A stretch of DNA of 63,865 nucleotides, the filler included. It is 12 parts of 12 records of this genome, joined end to end, with 100 filler letters (N's around TTAATTAATTAA, not from the genome) between each part and the next. Parts side by side here need not be neighbours in the genome. Positions count along the whole stretch, not along the records: positions 1 to 6,627 come from SRR7504441_2269; positions 6,728 to 11,230 come from SRR7504441_2270; 10 more parts are not named here. One strand, written 5' to 3'. Below the pieces are notes generated by a model. It saw only the letters and a program-made list of their open reading frames with translations. It made no database searches and was not told the origin of the DNA. The position numbers were made by a program, and so were the translations under genes. The stretch's first letter is position 1; each line of letters begins with the position of its first letter. Of the stretch, positions 1-10,889 are shown in pieces.

Positions 1-56
1 CGAGTAGACACTATTCCATTGTATTTAAAAAGCAAGAAAAGCAAGAGATTGTGATT

Positions 57-1487
57 CTATTCCAGTTTCCCTAGATCTGTGGGATAAAACAAGTCCAGAG
101 GGGTTCTCCGCATTAGATAATACGAACCGAACCCGACAAGTATCAAAAGACCGAAAATGAATCCGACTTTGCTAAGTTGCCCAAACATCGGCACAGCCGG
201 TGCCGACGGCGGTTTGCACGCACTCGGGTCGATCTTTTCATCGCAATATGCCACCTCAAGGAAGCGCATCACTGCGTTTTCGTCCCATTTGACCTCTTCT
301 CTCTGGCTGCCACCGAGGGAGTACTTTGGGTTGAGTGAGTGAAATGTGGCAGTGGTGCTCAGCCGGCAAGCTGTGCACATCCTGATTGGTGGCCACACGC
401 CCTTGTGCAGCCGTAGGTTCACACTATTATGCAGCCGCCACAGCCAGAGCATCGCGGCCGATCGCGGCTGTTTGGCCGAGCACTCGTACTGTGGATCAAC
501 GACTCCGGCCGCGCTCTCGTTTAGAAAGTGCAGCCGGCACTCTTCGCACTCGAAGAAGTTCCCTACAAACCCTCGGATCGCCCGTATTGTTTCCGCCGGG
601 CTGCGCGCCGGGCAGTGAGTGTGCGCGAGCAGTAGGTGCATCAATGTCCAGAGCGCACACGGGTACCCCCGCTCTGCCACAGGCCCGCACGCCTGCCAGG
701 GCGATTTGACCCCCGCGGCCCGGGCTGCAGCGCTGGTCATCCCGAGCCGGGACACTTGCCAGTTTACTTCTGTGCTCATCTTCCAATTGGCTAGCACTCG
801 GCCGGGCTGGGCGCCCGGTGCAGCCAGCGCCTGCTCCAGACGGGCCAGCGGCTGCCTGTGCGCTGGGAATCCTCTCGCCAGCACCCTCACCCAGCGCTTA
901 AGCGCGGCCACGCCCTCATGGTCTGGCACGCTCTGCCCGGCGGCGGAGAGCCCCACTCCTATCGCGAGCGAGGCATCGTGCAGTCTGCTGAGCGCCCCGG
1001 CTGGCCGCGCGCTGGGCTCCGAATGCTTGGCCACGGGTGGCACGAGGCCAGTCGGATGGCCGTGGATGTTCAGATCGGCGAGCCGCACGTGCTGGGCCAC
1101 CCAAGCGAGCGGATCGTCCCTCCCTTTCACCTCGGCCGCGCCCAGCCGGTCCGGTTCGGGGTCGGCGATCCGCCAGCTGCGGAGGGTGGGGAACGACTTG
1201 GCCTTGTGCGCAGTGCAGGCGGACCGGTAGGCCACGCAGTCCACTGCGCCGATTCGGAGCTCGGAGCCGGCCAGCGAGGCGGCCAGGCGGGACCAGGTCG
1301 GGGCGTAGTGCTGGCAGTGGCCGCACCAGGGCAGGTAGAACATTACCATCCACTTGGCCTTGCCCTCGACCACGTGCTCGGACAGACTGCTCGGATCGAG
1401 CGACACCACGTGCACGTCTGCGTCAAACAGCCCGGCCCACGCCAGCCCCAGCGCCCCGACAAGCAGCACCGCTCGTCGCCGGCACAT
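57..1487 (-). CDS. QSOX: Quiescin-sulfhydryl oxidase (thioredoxin + Erv/ALR domain, signal peptide, C-terminal TM)
   Basis: WCGHC thioredoxin motif; GYPCALWTLMH, FFECEECRLHF and LWLWRLHNSVNLRL Erv motifs; hydrophobic N- and C-termini; ATG taken at 1487. Confidence 0.9.
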   Translation of the reverse strand: MCRRRAVLLVGALGLAWAGLFDADVHVVSLDPSSLSEHVVEGKAKWMVMFYLPWCGHCQHYAPTWSRLAASLAGSELRIGAVDCVAYRSACTAHKAKSFPTLRSWRIADPEPDRLGAAEVKGRDDPLAWVAQHVRLADLNIHGHPTGLVPPVAKHSEPSARPAGALSRLHDASLAIGVGLSAAGQSVPDHEGVAALKRWVRVLARGFPAHRQPLARLEQALAAPGAQPGRVLANWKMSTEVNWQVSRLGMTSAAARAAGVKSPWQACGPVAERGYPCALWTLMHLLLAHTHCPARSPAETIRAIRGFVGNFFECEECRLHFLNESAAGVVDPQYECSAKQPRSAAMLWLWRLHNSVNLRLHKGVWPPIRMCTACRLSTTATFHSLNPKYSLGGSQREEVKWDENAVMRFLEVAYCDEKIDPSACKPPSAPAVPMFGQLSKVGFIFGLLILVGFGSYYLMRRTPLDLFYPTDLGKLE

Positions 1488-1580
1488 TGCCTCGGTGGGG
1501 TTTTCCGTTACTTCATCTCGAGTACCGGTATGCTCGAGGACGGGGGCTGGTGCGAGGCGCTGGGGGGGCAGGTTCGGATT

Positions 1581-1807
1581 ATGGGACGTGAACGGATGAC
1601 CCGGGCGCAAGTGCAGGAGTGGCTGGACGAAGACCTGACCGCGCTGGAGGACCTGCGGCGGCAGGCATCCCCCCGCCGCCCCCCGGCGCCAACCGGCTGC
1701 AGGAGGAGCGGCTTACATGGCGGATCGAGCAGGCCGAGCAGGAGGCAGCCGAGCGGCGGGAGAGCCAGGCCAACATCATCAACGGATCGTGGGCCGCCAC
1801 AAGATAG
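1581..1807 (+). CDS. Small coiled-coil hypothetical protein
   Basis: GC-AG intron 1665-1702 (38 nt) joins ...EDLRRQ to EERLTWRIEQ...; start codon uncertain (1530/1581/1596). Confidence 0.45.
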
Positions 1808-1856
1808 AGCGAGCGTCTTGTGGTGATTATCAACCATTCGGGTTTATTGAACGAAG

Positions 1857-2927
1857 TCACCTAGACTCAGCGCCCGTGCTCTTCTTGCGGCGTTTACGGG
1901 GCAGTTTCGGCAAGCCGGCCTCTCCAGTTGGCAGTCCCACCACTCCGTCGCTGGCAGGGCCCCTCGGCGACATCGAAGTCGGCTCTGGTGCCTGCTCACT
2001 CCGCCCGCGTTTGCCGCCGCCACGCGCTTTGATGGTTTCCTCGATTTGGATCAGAAGCCCGTAAAAGCTGGAAAAGTCGTTATCGCCGTCATCTGCCAGC
2101 CCCACCCCATCACACGGGAGCCATCGCAGGCTGCACCCAGCATGAGCGACCATGCGTGCCCGCGCATCGCCTACCCAATCTCACTCACAAGCCGGCCCAG
2201 CCCCCCACCGTGCACTCGGCCCGACAAGCCAGCACCAGCAGCCGCAGCGCCGCGCGTGGCTTGAGTTTTAGCAGTTCCCTGGGCACCGCCGGCCTCAACG
2301 ACCGCCACGGCCGCCGGCGCCTGATCTTCCCTAGCCGGCGTGCCGACACATTCAGCTCCTCCAGCCCACGCTCGGTTCGACTGAAGGTTATCAGTTCGCC
2401 GAACCGGTCAGGCCGGCCGACGGCGCAGCTAAGCTGGAAATCCTCGGTCCAGCCGCCTGCGGAATGCTCGAACCAGGAGCTCGCCTGCAGCTCTATCCTG
2501 CTGGCACCGGCCAGGATGGCCATCTGGAGGCTGCGCCCCCCGAGCTGCCGCGACCCGGCCAACCGATCCCAGTGCAGCTGCGCAGCCCCGGGGCTCACCC
2601 GGCGGCTCCCCTTAGCTGCCCTATATCGACCTGGTGGCTCTGGACAGCCAGCTCGACTCGGGCGGCCCGGCGCGGGAGCTGGCGTTGCTCAGCGGCCCGT
2701 TCGACCGTGTCAGTGAGCTCGAGCTGGTAACGGTGGCTGCTGCATAGCTCCTCCACGCCCTGGCCGCCCTCAATGCTCGGCGCAGGCGCACCGCGCACCG
2801 CGAGTAGCTCCAGGAGCGCCCCAGGCGAGCCGGCCCGGCAGAGCACACTGTCCACCGCCCCGAGCAGCTCCTGGTGCGCCTCCTCGCCGCTCGCACCGCT
2901 GCTGGCGCTGCCTTCACTGTCGCTCAT
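1857..2927 (-). CDS. Hypothetical protein, multi-exon, basic NLS-like C-terminus (RKRRKK)
   Basis: Three minus-strand ORF pieces apparently joined by short introns; ATG head-to-head with GPCR-PIPK. Confidence 0.5.
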
Positions 2928-3023
2928 GCCTCTTGGGCAGCCGGCGGTGCAGGGTGTGGCTGAGTGCCGTTGCGCCGGCGGCGCGGCCGCAGGCATTCCG
3001 CGGAAGCCCAGGTCAGGTCGGAC

Positions 3024-6000
3024 ATGGGGGCGACCACCTCGGGGACGACCTGGCAGCAGCACAACTACAACACCGACGAGTCGCACGAGTACCTGTACGC
3101 CTGCGCCGCCGGGTTTACGCTTGTGGTGTTCCTGGTCTACGTGGCGAACGGGAGCCACCGGCAGGCCTCCGGCAACCTGGTGGTGAACAGGGTGTTCTGC
3201 GATCTGGTCTACTTCACCAGCATGGCCGTGGCGTTCGAGATCCCGATCGGCACGCAGGCCTGGCACAACGGCAATGAGACGATGATCTTCTCGAATTGCA
3301 TATTCACCGCGCCGGTGCCCCTGTTCTTCCGGCTCGGGCAGGTGCTTTGGTTTATTGTACAGATCTGGGACATCAATAAGGCCATACGCACCCCATTCGT
3401 GTTCCGTAACGCTGCGGGCGTCCGCCGGCGGTACGCGCTGTGGGTTTGGGGCATTTGCTCCGTCGCGACGATTATTGCGTTCTTCCCTCCAAACGATGGA
3501 TATTGGAAGGTCGGGCGGGCATGGGGCGTGAACATGGAGGGCGACTGTGGGTACAACGTGTGGGAGGATCCGTTCAGCCCCTGGACCATAGTGACGCAAA
3601 TTGCACCGGACGCGTTTGCAGCGATTGTGTCAATATGGGTGACTCACAAGGCCCGGAAGTACCTGCTCTCTGGGTGCCGCCGGACCAGGGTGATCCGAAA
3701 TAGGACCCTGGGCCGGCTGACCGTCCAAGTAGTCTCGTGGTGCATATACTACAGCATTGGCACCTGTTTGCTCACCGCGTCGTCTGCAGTCTGGGCCGCT
3801 CAGGGCGACAAGCCTTGGGAGTATGTGTTCGGAAACACTGGCAAGAACATGGCCATCGCTGTGATCAGCTGGCGGGCCAGCCGCGGGATACTGATCAACC
3901 CGTTCCTGCTGCTTGTGGACATTGGAATGTTCGATGGGCTGATTGTCAAGGACCCGGACTCCGACAAGACTAGCGGCCAGATAGCGTGCGAGGCGCTTGA
4001 GGACACCTGGGCCAACATCAAGCACTGCCGTTGCGGGCAGAGCACGCAGGAGCTGGTGGGCAATGTCCAGGGGGTCGGCTGACCGGACGGCAGGTTCTCA
4101 AATCTGGGACCGAGGAGCACGAGGCTCAGTTGGCAGCGAGGGAGGACGTGATGGTCTGTGTGATGAAAGGTGAGATCGCTGGCCGCCCACCGCCGCGCTC
4201 ACGGCTCGGCCGTGCTCCAGGTGTCATCCAAAGCACCCAGAAGACGGCAGCCGCACTTGCTAAAAAGTATCCAGATGAGGCAGCTGTGGCGGCAGCTGAG
4301 GACGCGTATGAGGCCTCTCCAGGATCGGGCGAGCCCAATCGAAGGATTTCGGCCGAGTTGATGGAGGCCCGTGATGAGATTATGCGTGTGGAGGCCGGGC
4401 AACAGAACGCGGATGCTATGCTTAAGATCCAGGCACAGCTGCGCGACTCCACGCAGGAAACTGCTGAAGACAATCCAGTCGAATTGTCCAATTTGGGATC
4501 GAGCCGTGCTTTTAACCTATCGGCTAAGGGCTCGATGATAGCTCAAGAGGAAGAAGACAAATCGGGAGCCAAGCAAGCCCATGAGTACGAGGGAAGTCTG
4601 TTCTGGGAGAATTGTCCTCTGGTGAGCCACATCTGAGAGACCACTGCTGACTATAGGCTGGAAGGTGTACCACTATATTCGGTTCCAACTTGGGATCACA
4701 GCGGCTGATTTCATCTCGTCACTTCAGGCAGACGATGGCACCATCAATCAAATGGCCGAGAAGTTTACCGAAGGCCGGTCGAATTCGTTCTTTTACTTCA
4801 CCCTTGACCGCAAATACATGGTTAAAACCTGCACGGTGGGCCGGTGCAGCCGCGCTATGCTCACGGGCCTTCGGTGCAGAAAGGTGACTATGAAGCGATC
4901 AGTGAGAACACATGCCAATATGCGCTGTATCTAGAGAACAACCCAGATTCGCTTATCAATCGGATTGTAGGCTGTTATCAGCTCCAGTTCCACGCCCAGG
5001 CACGCTGGCTCGCACTTGCTCGTGCGCTGACCGCCTGTTGCAGGAGGATCCGATCTATGTGATTATTCTGATCAACATTATGTGGTCGCCAGAATTCCAC
5101 AAGCCGGAGCCGCTTTTTAGATTCGATTTGAAGGGGAGCTCAATCGACCGCCGGTCGCTTCCAAAGGATTTAGCCAAGCTGGATGAGTGGCGCCGTGAAG
5201 GGTGCCGCTAGACGCTTGCAATGGATATGAGTGTTGGTTTAGGTTCGCGGCCCAGCTCAAGGACACAGACATTGATCTGCTGGACCTCAAGCTGTGCATG
5301 GAACCCGAAACGCTAGACCGGTTCTGTTCTCTCCTGGAGAAAGATATAGAGTGGCTACGCTTGTGTGAAATCATGGACTGTGAGTAGTTGCCGATACAAC
5401 CATTCACCTACTGGCAGATTCGCTGCTGTTGTGCGTCTGTCCAGTCTCGGAGGCACACACAGATAGGGAGGCCTCCGTGGGAGCTGACATGATGAGTGGT
5501 GATATGCGGTGTGCGCCGTGCCAGGCCAGGCCTGAGCTCAAGCACGCAGGTTTTCCTGCCATTATCACGGCGGGCTCAAGGGGACGATTTTTGGCAATGT
5601 TCCAGTGATCTTGTATATTGGGGTAATAGACATCTCCCAGAAGTATGATTTTTCAAAGAGGGGCGAACGCTTCCTCAAGACCAAATGCCTGTGCAAAGAT
5701 CCGGACATTTCGTGCTGTCCAGTCGATCCGTTCGCAGAGCGGTTTGTGAGGAAGATCGAAGGATACTTTGGGGCGGATCGGAGTCCAGCTGGCGACCATA
5801 TTGGTGTTCAAATGGCGATGACCGAGCTGGAGGGTCAGCAGTCGGCGGGTTGGTTCCGTGGCCATGCCATCGACGCGGCTTCCAGAGGTGCTGGATCTGC
5901 TGAACCTGCAGAGGTGCCAGCTAGAGGGGGTTTCTTGACCATTCCTCAGCTAGGTGCCCAAGGAGATCGAGGCCCAGCAGCAGAGAAAGGCTCCGAGACT

Positions 6001-6174
6001 CGAGGATCAGCTCTAGCTCACGACCAAACCAGCCACGCTGCGGGAGGATCAGCTTTAGCACAGGACGGGAAGAACTCCGCTGCCGGCGACGACGAAGACT
6101 ACAATGTAGCCGTCCAGAGTACCGACGCAGGCGGTTGTAGTCCGAGAAGTTGCTGCGGGCCGTCGCAAATATAG
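3024..6174 (+). CDS. GPCR-PIPK fusion (7TM receptor + phosphatidylinositol-phosphate kinase)
   Basis: N-terminal multi-TM region; after removing 8 short introns: EGRSNSFFYFTLDRKYMVKT, FDLKGS, LKDTD, MDYSLL, YIGVIDISQKY PIPK motifs. Confidence 0.88.
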
Positions 6175-6603
6175 TACTACACTAGGCATGGCCATGCGCT
6201 TTAAAATTATCGTTATTGCGCTCTTTTTGTATGTTTGTTGTCGAACTGGATAACTAGCACACCTTGCGCGCTGACCTTGTCGTGTCCGATGGAATCAGTT
6301 ATCTGACCGGTGTAGTCCCTATGTACTCGTAGACCTTAATATTTCTTTTTTCTTTTCGGGGAACGAGGACGTCAGAGCGCGCGTGATCTTTTTCACCGGT
6401 CGCCGCGTGCAAGAACAGGTCGGCGGGCATCGCCGAAGAGTCCTACCTCCGGAGCAAGCCGGTACAGGCCGTACATAGCCGTACAGCGCCCTAGCGCCAG
6501 ATGTCTTGTTCTGCGCTCCTTGTACGGGCGTTATACGGGCGTTGTATAGGCGTTGTAAACTCGTGGCCGTTCAAGCTGTTATAACGGAATCCGATAACTA
6601 ACG

Positions 6604-6627
6604 ATGTCTGAGCTCCAGGCCGAGAGG
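6604..6627 (+). CDS. Possible gene start (MSELQAER...) truncated by contig end
   Basis: ATG 17 nt downstream of a TAACGG element; only 8 codons visible. Confidence 0.3.
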
Positions 6628-6727
6628 NNNNNNNNNNNNNNNNNNNNNNNNNNNNNNNNNNNNNNNNNNNNTTAATTAATTAANNNNNNNNNNNNNNNNN
6701 NNNNNNNNNNNNNNNNNNNNNNNNNNN
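6628..6727. other. Artificial contig spacer N44-TTAATTAATTAA-N44 (also 11231-11330, 14797-14896, 19798-19897, 26926-27025, 33018-33117, 37621-37720, 45364-45463, 49043-49142, 53556-53655, 58076-58175)
   Basis: Eleven identical 100-nt blocks with a six-frame stop linker. Confidence 0.99.
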
Positions 6728-6965
6728 GTGCAGCCTGGGCTGGCATTCCCGGTGGGAGTCACAGGAATGGAAATGACTGTCCTTGATCAAAGCGGTGCTG
6801 CCGTTGGTTCTCCAACTTCTTCTCCAACTCCTGCCCGCTGAGTTGCTCGCATAGCCGAAATAGGGGGCCACACAAAAGACCTTCTTGCAAGAACTTCTTG
6901 CATGTGCGTCTCAAAAGGACTTGTTGGCCCTTATCAAAATTAATGGTGCCTCGTAGGGAGCACAT
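6728..6965 (-). CDS. 5' fragment of a hypothetical gene, truncated by contig end
   Basis: ATG-initiated 68-codon ORF ending at a GT donor-like site next to the gap. Confidence 0.35.
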
Positions 6966-7100
6966 TTAATAATTAAGAAAAGAACGATTTAAATTTGTTA
7001 GTCCATAGTGCTCACGATGATAATAAACCAGTGTAGCCATGTCATTTCATAGCTACTTCATACTTAACTACATACTAAACAAATTCAATCATTTCAATAC

Positions 7101-8540
7101 TCAAGTGGTACCTTGTGGCCGGGCCTGGTCGGCCGTCCGTCGTTGCACATGCACAATACATCCTGAATGGAATTGTGGCAGAACCCCGATCGGCTCCCGG
7201 CCTGCCCATTGCTCTGACCCGCTAGTAGCCCGCCCACCTTGGAACGATTCGCCCTCACAAGTGAGGATAAAGTCTGAGAACCGGCCGCTCAGCCCGAGTA
7301 GCGCCATCGCCTTGCTCTTGAACACCCCACCTGTCCAACAGGCTGCGTCCACTTGCATCTCGATCAGCTCTCCCTCAAAATCAAGCATCACATGGCTCAT
7401 AACACCATTCTGGCTTGGCATGCCTGCAAGCTGCCCCGTACCCTCAGTCCTTAGCCACGGCCTGCGCACCATCTTATCCAGCCCTGCCAAATTCACTGGC
7501 CTCACCAGCGGGCCCCCGTGGGGGTCGGGCTGCCCCTCGTCCGGTGGGCCGGGCTCAATGAGACCGGCCGAGTGCTGTCCAAACAACTGGCCATCGACTG
7601 CGTCGGACCAACCGGCCGCTAAAAGCTCGCTCATGCGGTAAACTATCGGCCTGTAATCGGCCCGCTGGTAAGTTGCCGAGCCCATCAACATCTTGTTGTG
7701 CTCAATCCAGCTTGCCCCAACCGACCCTCCGCCGTGCATCGCACCAAGCCAGGCGCCCGCAATCACCGGCGAATAGTTGCTGGGTCCCGCATACTTCAGA
7801 CATGCCGAAAGTGCGGCGTCAAACCCCTCATCAGCGTGCCTATGCACCAGGTCCACTGCCGCCGCCACCACCTCAGGCGCATACCCGCCGCGTGTGGCCA
7901 GTCCTCCCGCCTTTGTGGGGTCGAGCGCGTCTGCCAGGCTCGGGCACGCGCTGGCGGCCTCTCCCAGCGCCTGCTGCAGCCCGCGGCCGAGCACTAAACC
8001 GCGCAGCACCAGCGCACACCCGGCCGCGGCCTCCTGGGATAGCGGGTGCGCGTGGGTGCAGCGCGTGTCTGCCCGGGCCGCCTCCGCCAGCTGTTGGTTC
8101 GTCACGCCGTTGGCACAGAGCGCCAGCCCGAGGGTCCGGTGTGCCCCGTTGATCCCGGCCGCGCCGGTATCTGCCAGCCGTTCCTGAGCCGCGACCTCTG
8201 GTGTGTCCCCGAACCGCTTGACCGCCTTGCATACCGCCGGCAGCGTGTCGCCCGTATCAAAGGCCTTATCCTCAGCGGGCTGGTCTGGGTCCCACCAGCG
8301 GAAGTAGCTGTCAAAGCTGCGGCGCGGGTCCGCGAACGCCGGACCGCCCTCGAGCGCAGCTTGGGCGCACAGGATGGCCATTCTGATCGGGCCTCCATTG
8401 CGGTCGCCGGCGGCCAGCCCGAGCAGCCCCCCGCGCACACGGTCCACCCGACGGACCAGGACAAGCTCTCCGTCCGGCTGCCGGCAGATCGCCGCCTGCA
8501 GCGCGTGGGTCGAGCCGGCGCAGTCGGACAGCCTGCTCAT
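7101..8540 (-). CDS. ADP-ribosylglycohydrolase (ARH/DraG family) with C-terminal ubiquitin-like domain
   Basis: RVRGGLLGLAAGD, AFDTG, GINGAHR, THAHP, IAGAWLGAMHG motifs; two in-frame introns 7431-7469 and 7202-7237. Confidence 0.8.
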   Translation of the reverse strand: MSRLSDCAGSTHALQAAICRQPDGELVLVRRVDRVRGGLLGLAAGDRNGGPIRMAILCAQAALEGGPAFADPRRSFDSYFRWWDPDQPAEDKAFDTGDTLPAVCKAVKRFGDTPEVAAQERLADTGAAGINGAHRTLGLALCANGVTNQQLAEAARADTRCTHAHPLSQEAAAGCALVLRGLVLGRGLQQALGEAASACPSLADALDPTKAGGLATRGGYAPEVVAAAVDLVHRHADEGFDAALSACLKYAGPSNYSPVIAGAWLGAMHGGGSVGASWIEHNKMLMGSATYQRADYRPIVYRMSELLAAGWSDAVDGQLFGQHSAGLIEPGPPDEGQPDPHGGPLVRPVNLAGLDKMVRRPWLRTEGTGQLAGMPSQNGVMSHVMLDFEGELIEMQVDAACWTGGVFKSKAMALLGLSGRFSDFILTCEGESFQGGRATSGSEQWAGREPIGVLPQFHSGCIVHVQRRTADQARPQGTT

Positions 8541-8646
8541 CTCGCCGTGTTCATCGTTTGTCACGAAAAAGTCCGTTGCCGATCTGTTGGCTCGGTAAGC
8601 CGCCTGCTCACTCCGCGGCCCGTCCGGCGGAAGAGGGGAGGCCGTC

Positions 8647-10889
8647 ATGACGGAAGAGCGTCCGCGAGCGGATGTGCCGTTGGTCGCCCGCGACCGGCTG
8701 CCGCCCAAAGGGGGATCGAACATCGAGCTCGTCTGCAAAGTGCCCAACTGGCGGTGCCTTCCTCCCTCGAGAGCAGGCCCACGCCCGGGCCAGCGACACG
8801 GCCGAGAATGTGCCGGCGTATGGCAAGGGCCGGCTATACAGATCCTCGCGCTGCTACAGCCTGGATGACCTGGACGAGTGGGTTGGCCGGCCGGCGGGGC
8901 GCGGAGCCGGGGCAGGTTTGGAATCAAGACGGTGCTTGATCTAAGCCCAAGTAAGGGGGGGCACGAGATCGACACAATGGTCACCCCCGCGGGCCGGACC
9001 GTTACGTTCCACCGGATCAACCTTTACACGGCCAAGATCAAGCTGATGCTCGTCTCAAAGATGCCCACCTCGGTGGCGCTCCAAGCCATTTGTTGCCCGT
9101 GCATGGGTGCGCCCGGCGGCGGCCACGCCGGATCAGCCGGCCGGTCAGGTAAGTTCTCGACCACGGAGGGGATGATGGCACTGGCGGTGGGCACCGACCA
9201 GGGAGCCGGCTGTGGGACCGCCTTCTGCGTCGCACTGGTGAGTCTTTCTAACTCGGTTGCAGATCAAGCCTAGGAGTGCATCCAGCGGGGGGGGGCTGAT
9301 TCTGTGGGGGCAGTGGGCTGCCATCGTGGTCGGCGCGATCCTTACCCCGTTAGCGCTCGCCTCTATTTGGATCTGTGTGGCGCTTGACGTCCCAGTCACC
9401 GGGACCGCGATTACTATAGGCGTCTGGTGTTTCATCCCTGCTGTCTTTTTCAACATTGCTTTCTACCGGGTGAACGATGCTGAGGTCGGCAGCCGGCGTG
9501 CTGATCCGAATGGCAGACCATGAAGTACCAGACGTGGAATGGGTGGATTTCGATGTATCAAATGTTCTTTCAGAACTCAATGGATGGCCTCATAGAGGCG
9601 ATCAAGGTGCACCCTCCAGCCTGCAGCCGGCACCCTGGGGCCAGCTGATGATCGAAGAGGATAACATGCCCGTCCTGGTGCACTGTGTGCATGGGAAAGA
9701 CCGGTCTCTGCAGGAAAGCTGCCCGCCTGAGCCGGGGGGCAGTACCGGAGTTTTCACTGCCATGATCCAGCTGATTTGTGGGGCCTCAATCAACATGATC
9801 GCCGAGGACTATGCCATCTCGGGCACCAACCTGGCCGCCGCTAGGGACGCCGGCTTGACTTCCAAGATTGCTGACCCAGTCGAGACTCCGGATCAGATGT
9901 TCCTTTTGGACGACACGGTGTGTCAAATCTCGGACTCGGGAGCGGCTGAGTGTTGGGATAGGTGATCTCCTCGCCCAAGTATGTGATGGTCGAAGTGCTC
10001 TGGTGGTTGGTCGAGCAGGTTGACCTGAGCCTGCATGGCCGCGAGACGGTGGACACTGGGCCCAGGCTGCGGCCGAGCCTGCGGGCCAGGGGCTGCTGGA
10101 CTTCTTCAACCTGTCGCGCGACTGGCTGCCCAAGCGGCTCCCAGTGCCCGAGATGTATCTGCAGGATGAGCGCGCCAAGTCAGGCTCGGCCTGGGCCGGA
10201 GTCACCCAACCGCAGGTCTGGGCATCCTCTGTCGCCTCAGCACGCTTTCTCTCTGCTGCTTCAGGCCTGTGGTGACCGCCCGGGCTGGCTGCCAGCTTGC
10301 TGTACTGTCTGTTTGCCGCTGCTTATAATACGCGGATTATTGTGGCTGGGCCGAGTGGCTGCACGTGCAGGTCTTGATCCGTGGGACATTTATCTGATCT
10401 TGATCAACATGAGGGTACCCATTGCACTCGAACTTGCACTGGCCGCGCACCTGCCACTCGAATGCGCGGCGAACGCCGACCCGGACTGCCACATTTCAAT
10501 GGACACGCAGCAAGTGGCCATGCTCACGCTGGGGGCTCTTGCGGAAGGGTCTGTTTCTAGTAGTATAGTAGGTATTGAGCGTCTGTCTGGTCAGTGTCTA
10601 ATCTTGAGCTTGAGAGCAGCTGTGCCTGCGTGACCCTTAGCCAGCCCAGCCTACTAGTGATCCACCGACCAGGTACCGGTCTGTCGATCATTTGTGGTCT
10701 GATCTGGCCTATGGCCACCTCACTCCAGAAGACCTCGAGCACCGCCTGAGGGTGCACGCGCTTGCGATTCGCAACAAGCTTGTTTGCTACGCAAAAGAGA
10801 AATGGATCAAGTTGCCTGTTGCTGCGCGGTACGGTTCCGAGCGTGTTGTCAACGCTGCAGCCAACCCCTTCCGGGCTGATCCTATGTAG
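8647..10889 (+). CDS. Tyrosine/lipid phosphatase of the Y_phosphatase3 (IphP/PtpB-like) family with inserted TM hairpin
   Basis: Spliced NWRD, GRLYRSS, GIKTVLDL, P-loop VLVHCVHGKDR|TG (intron 9704-9742), IAEDYAIS; 3' exons less certain. Confidence 0.78.
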
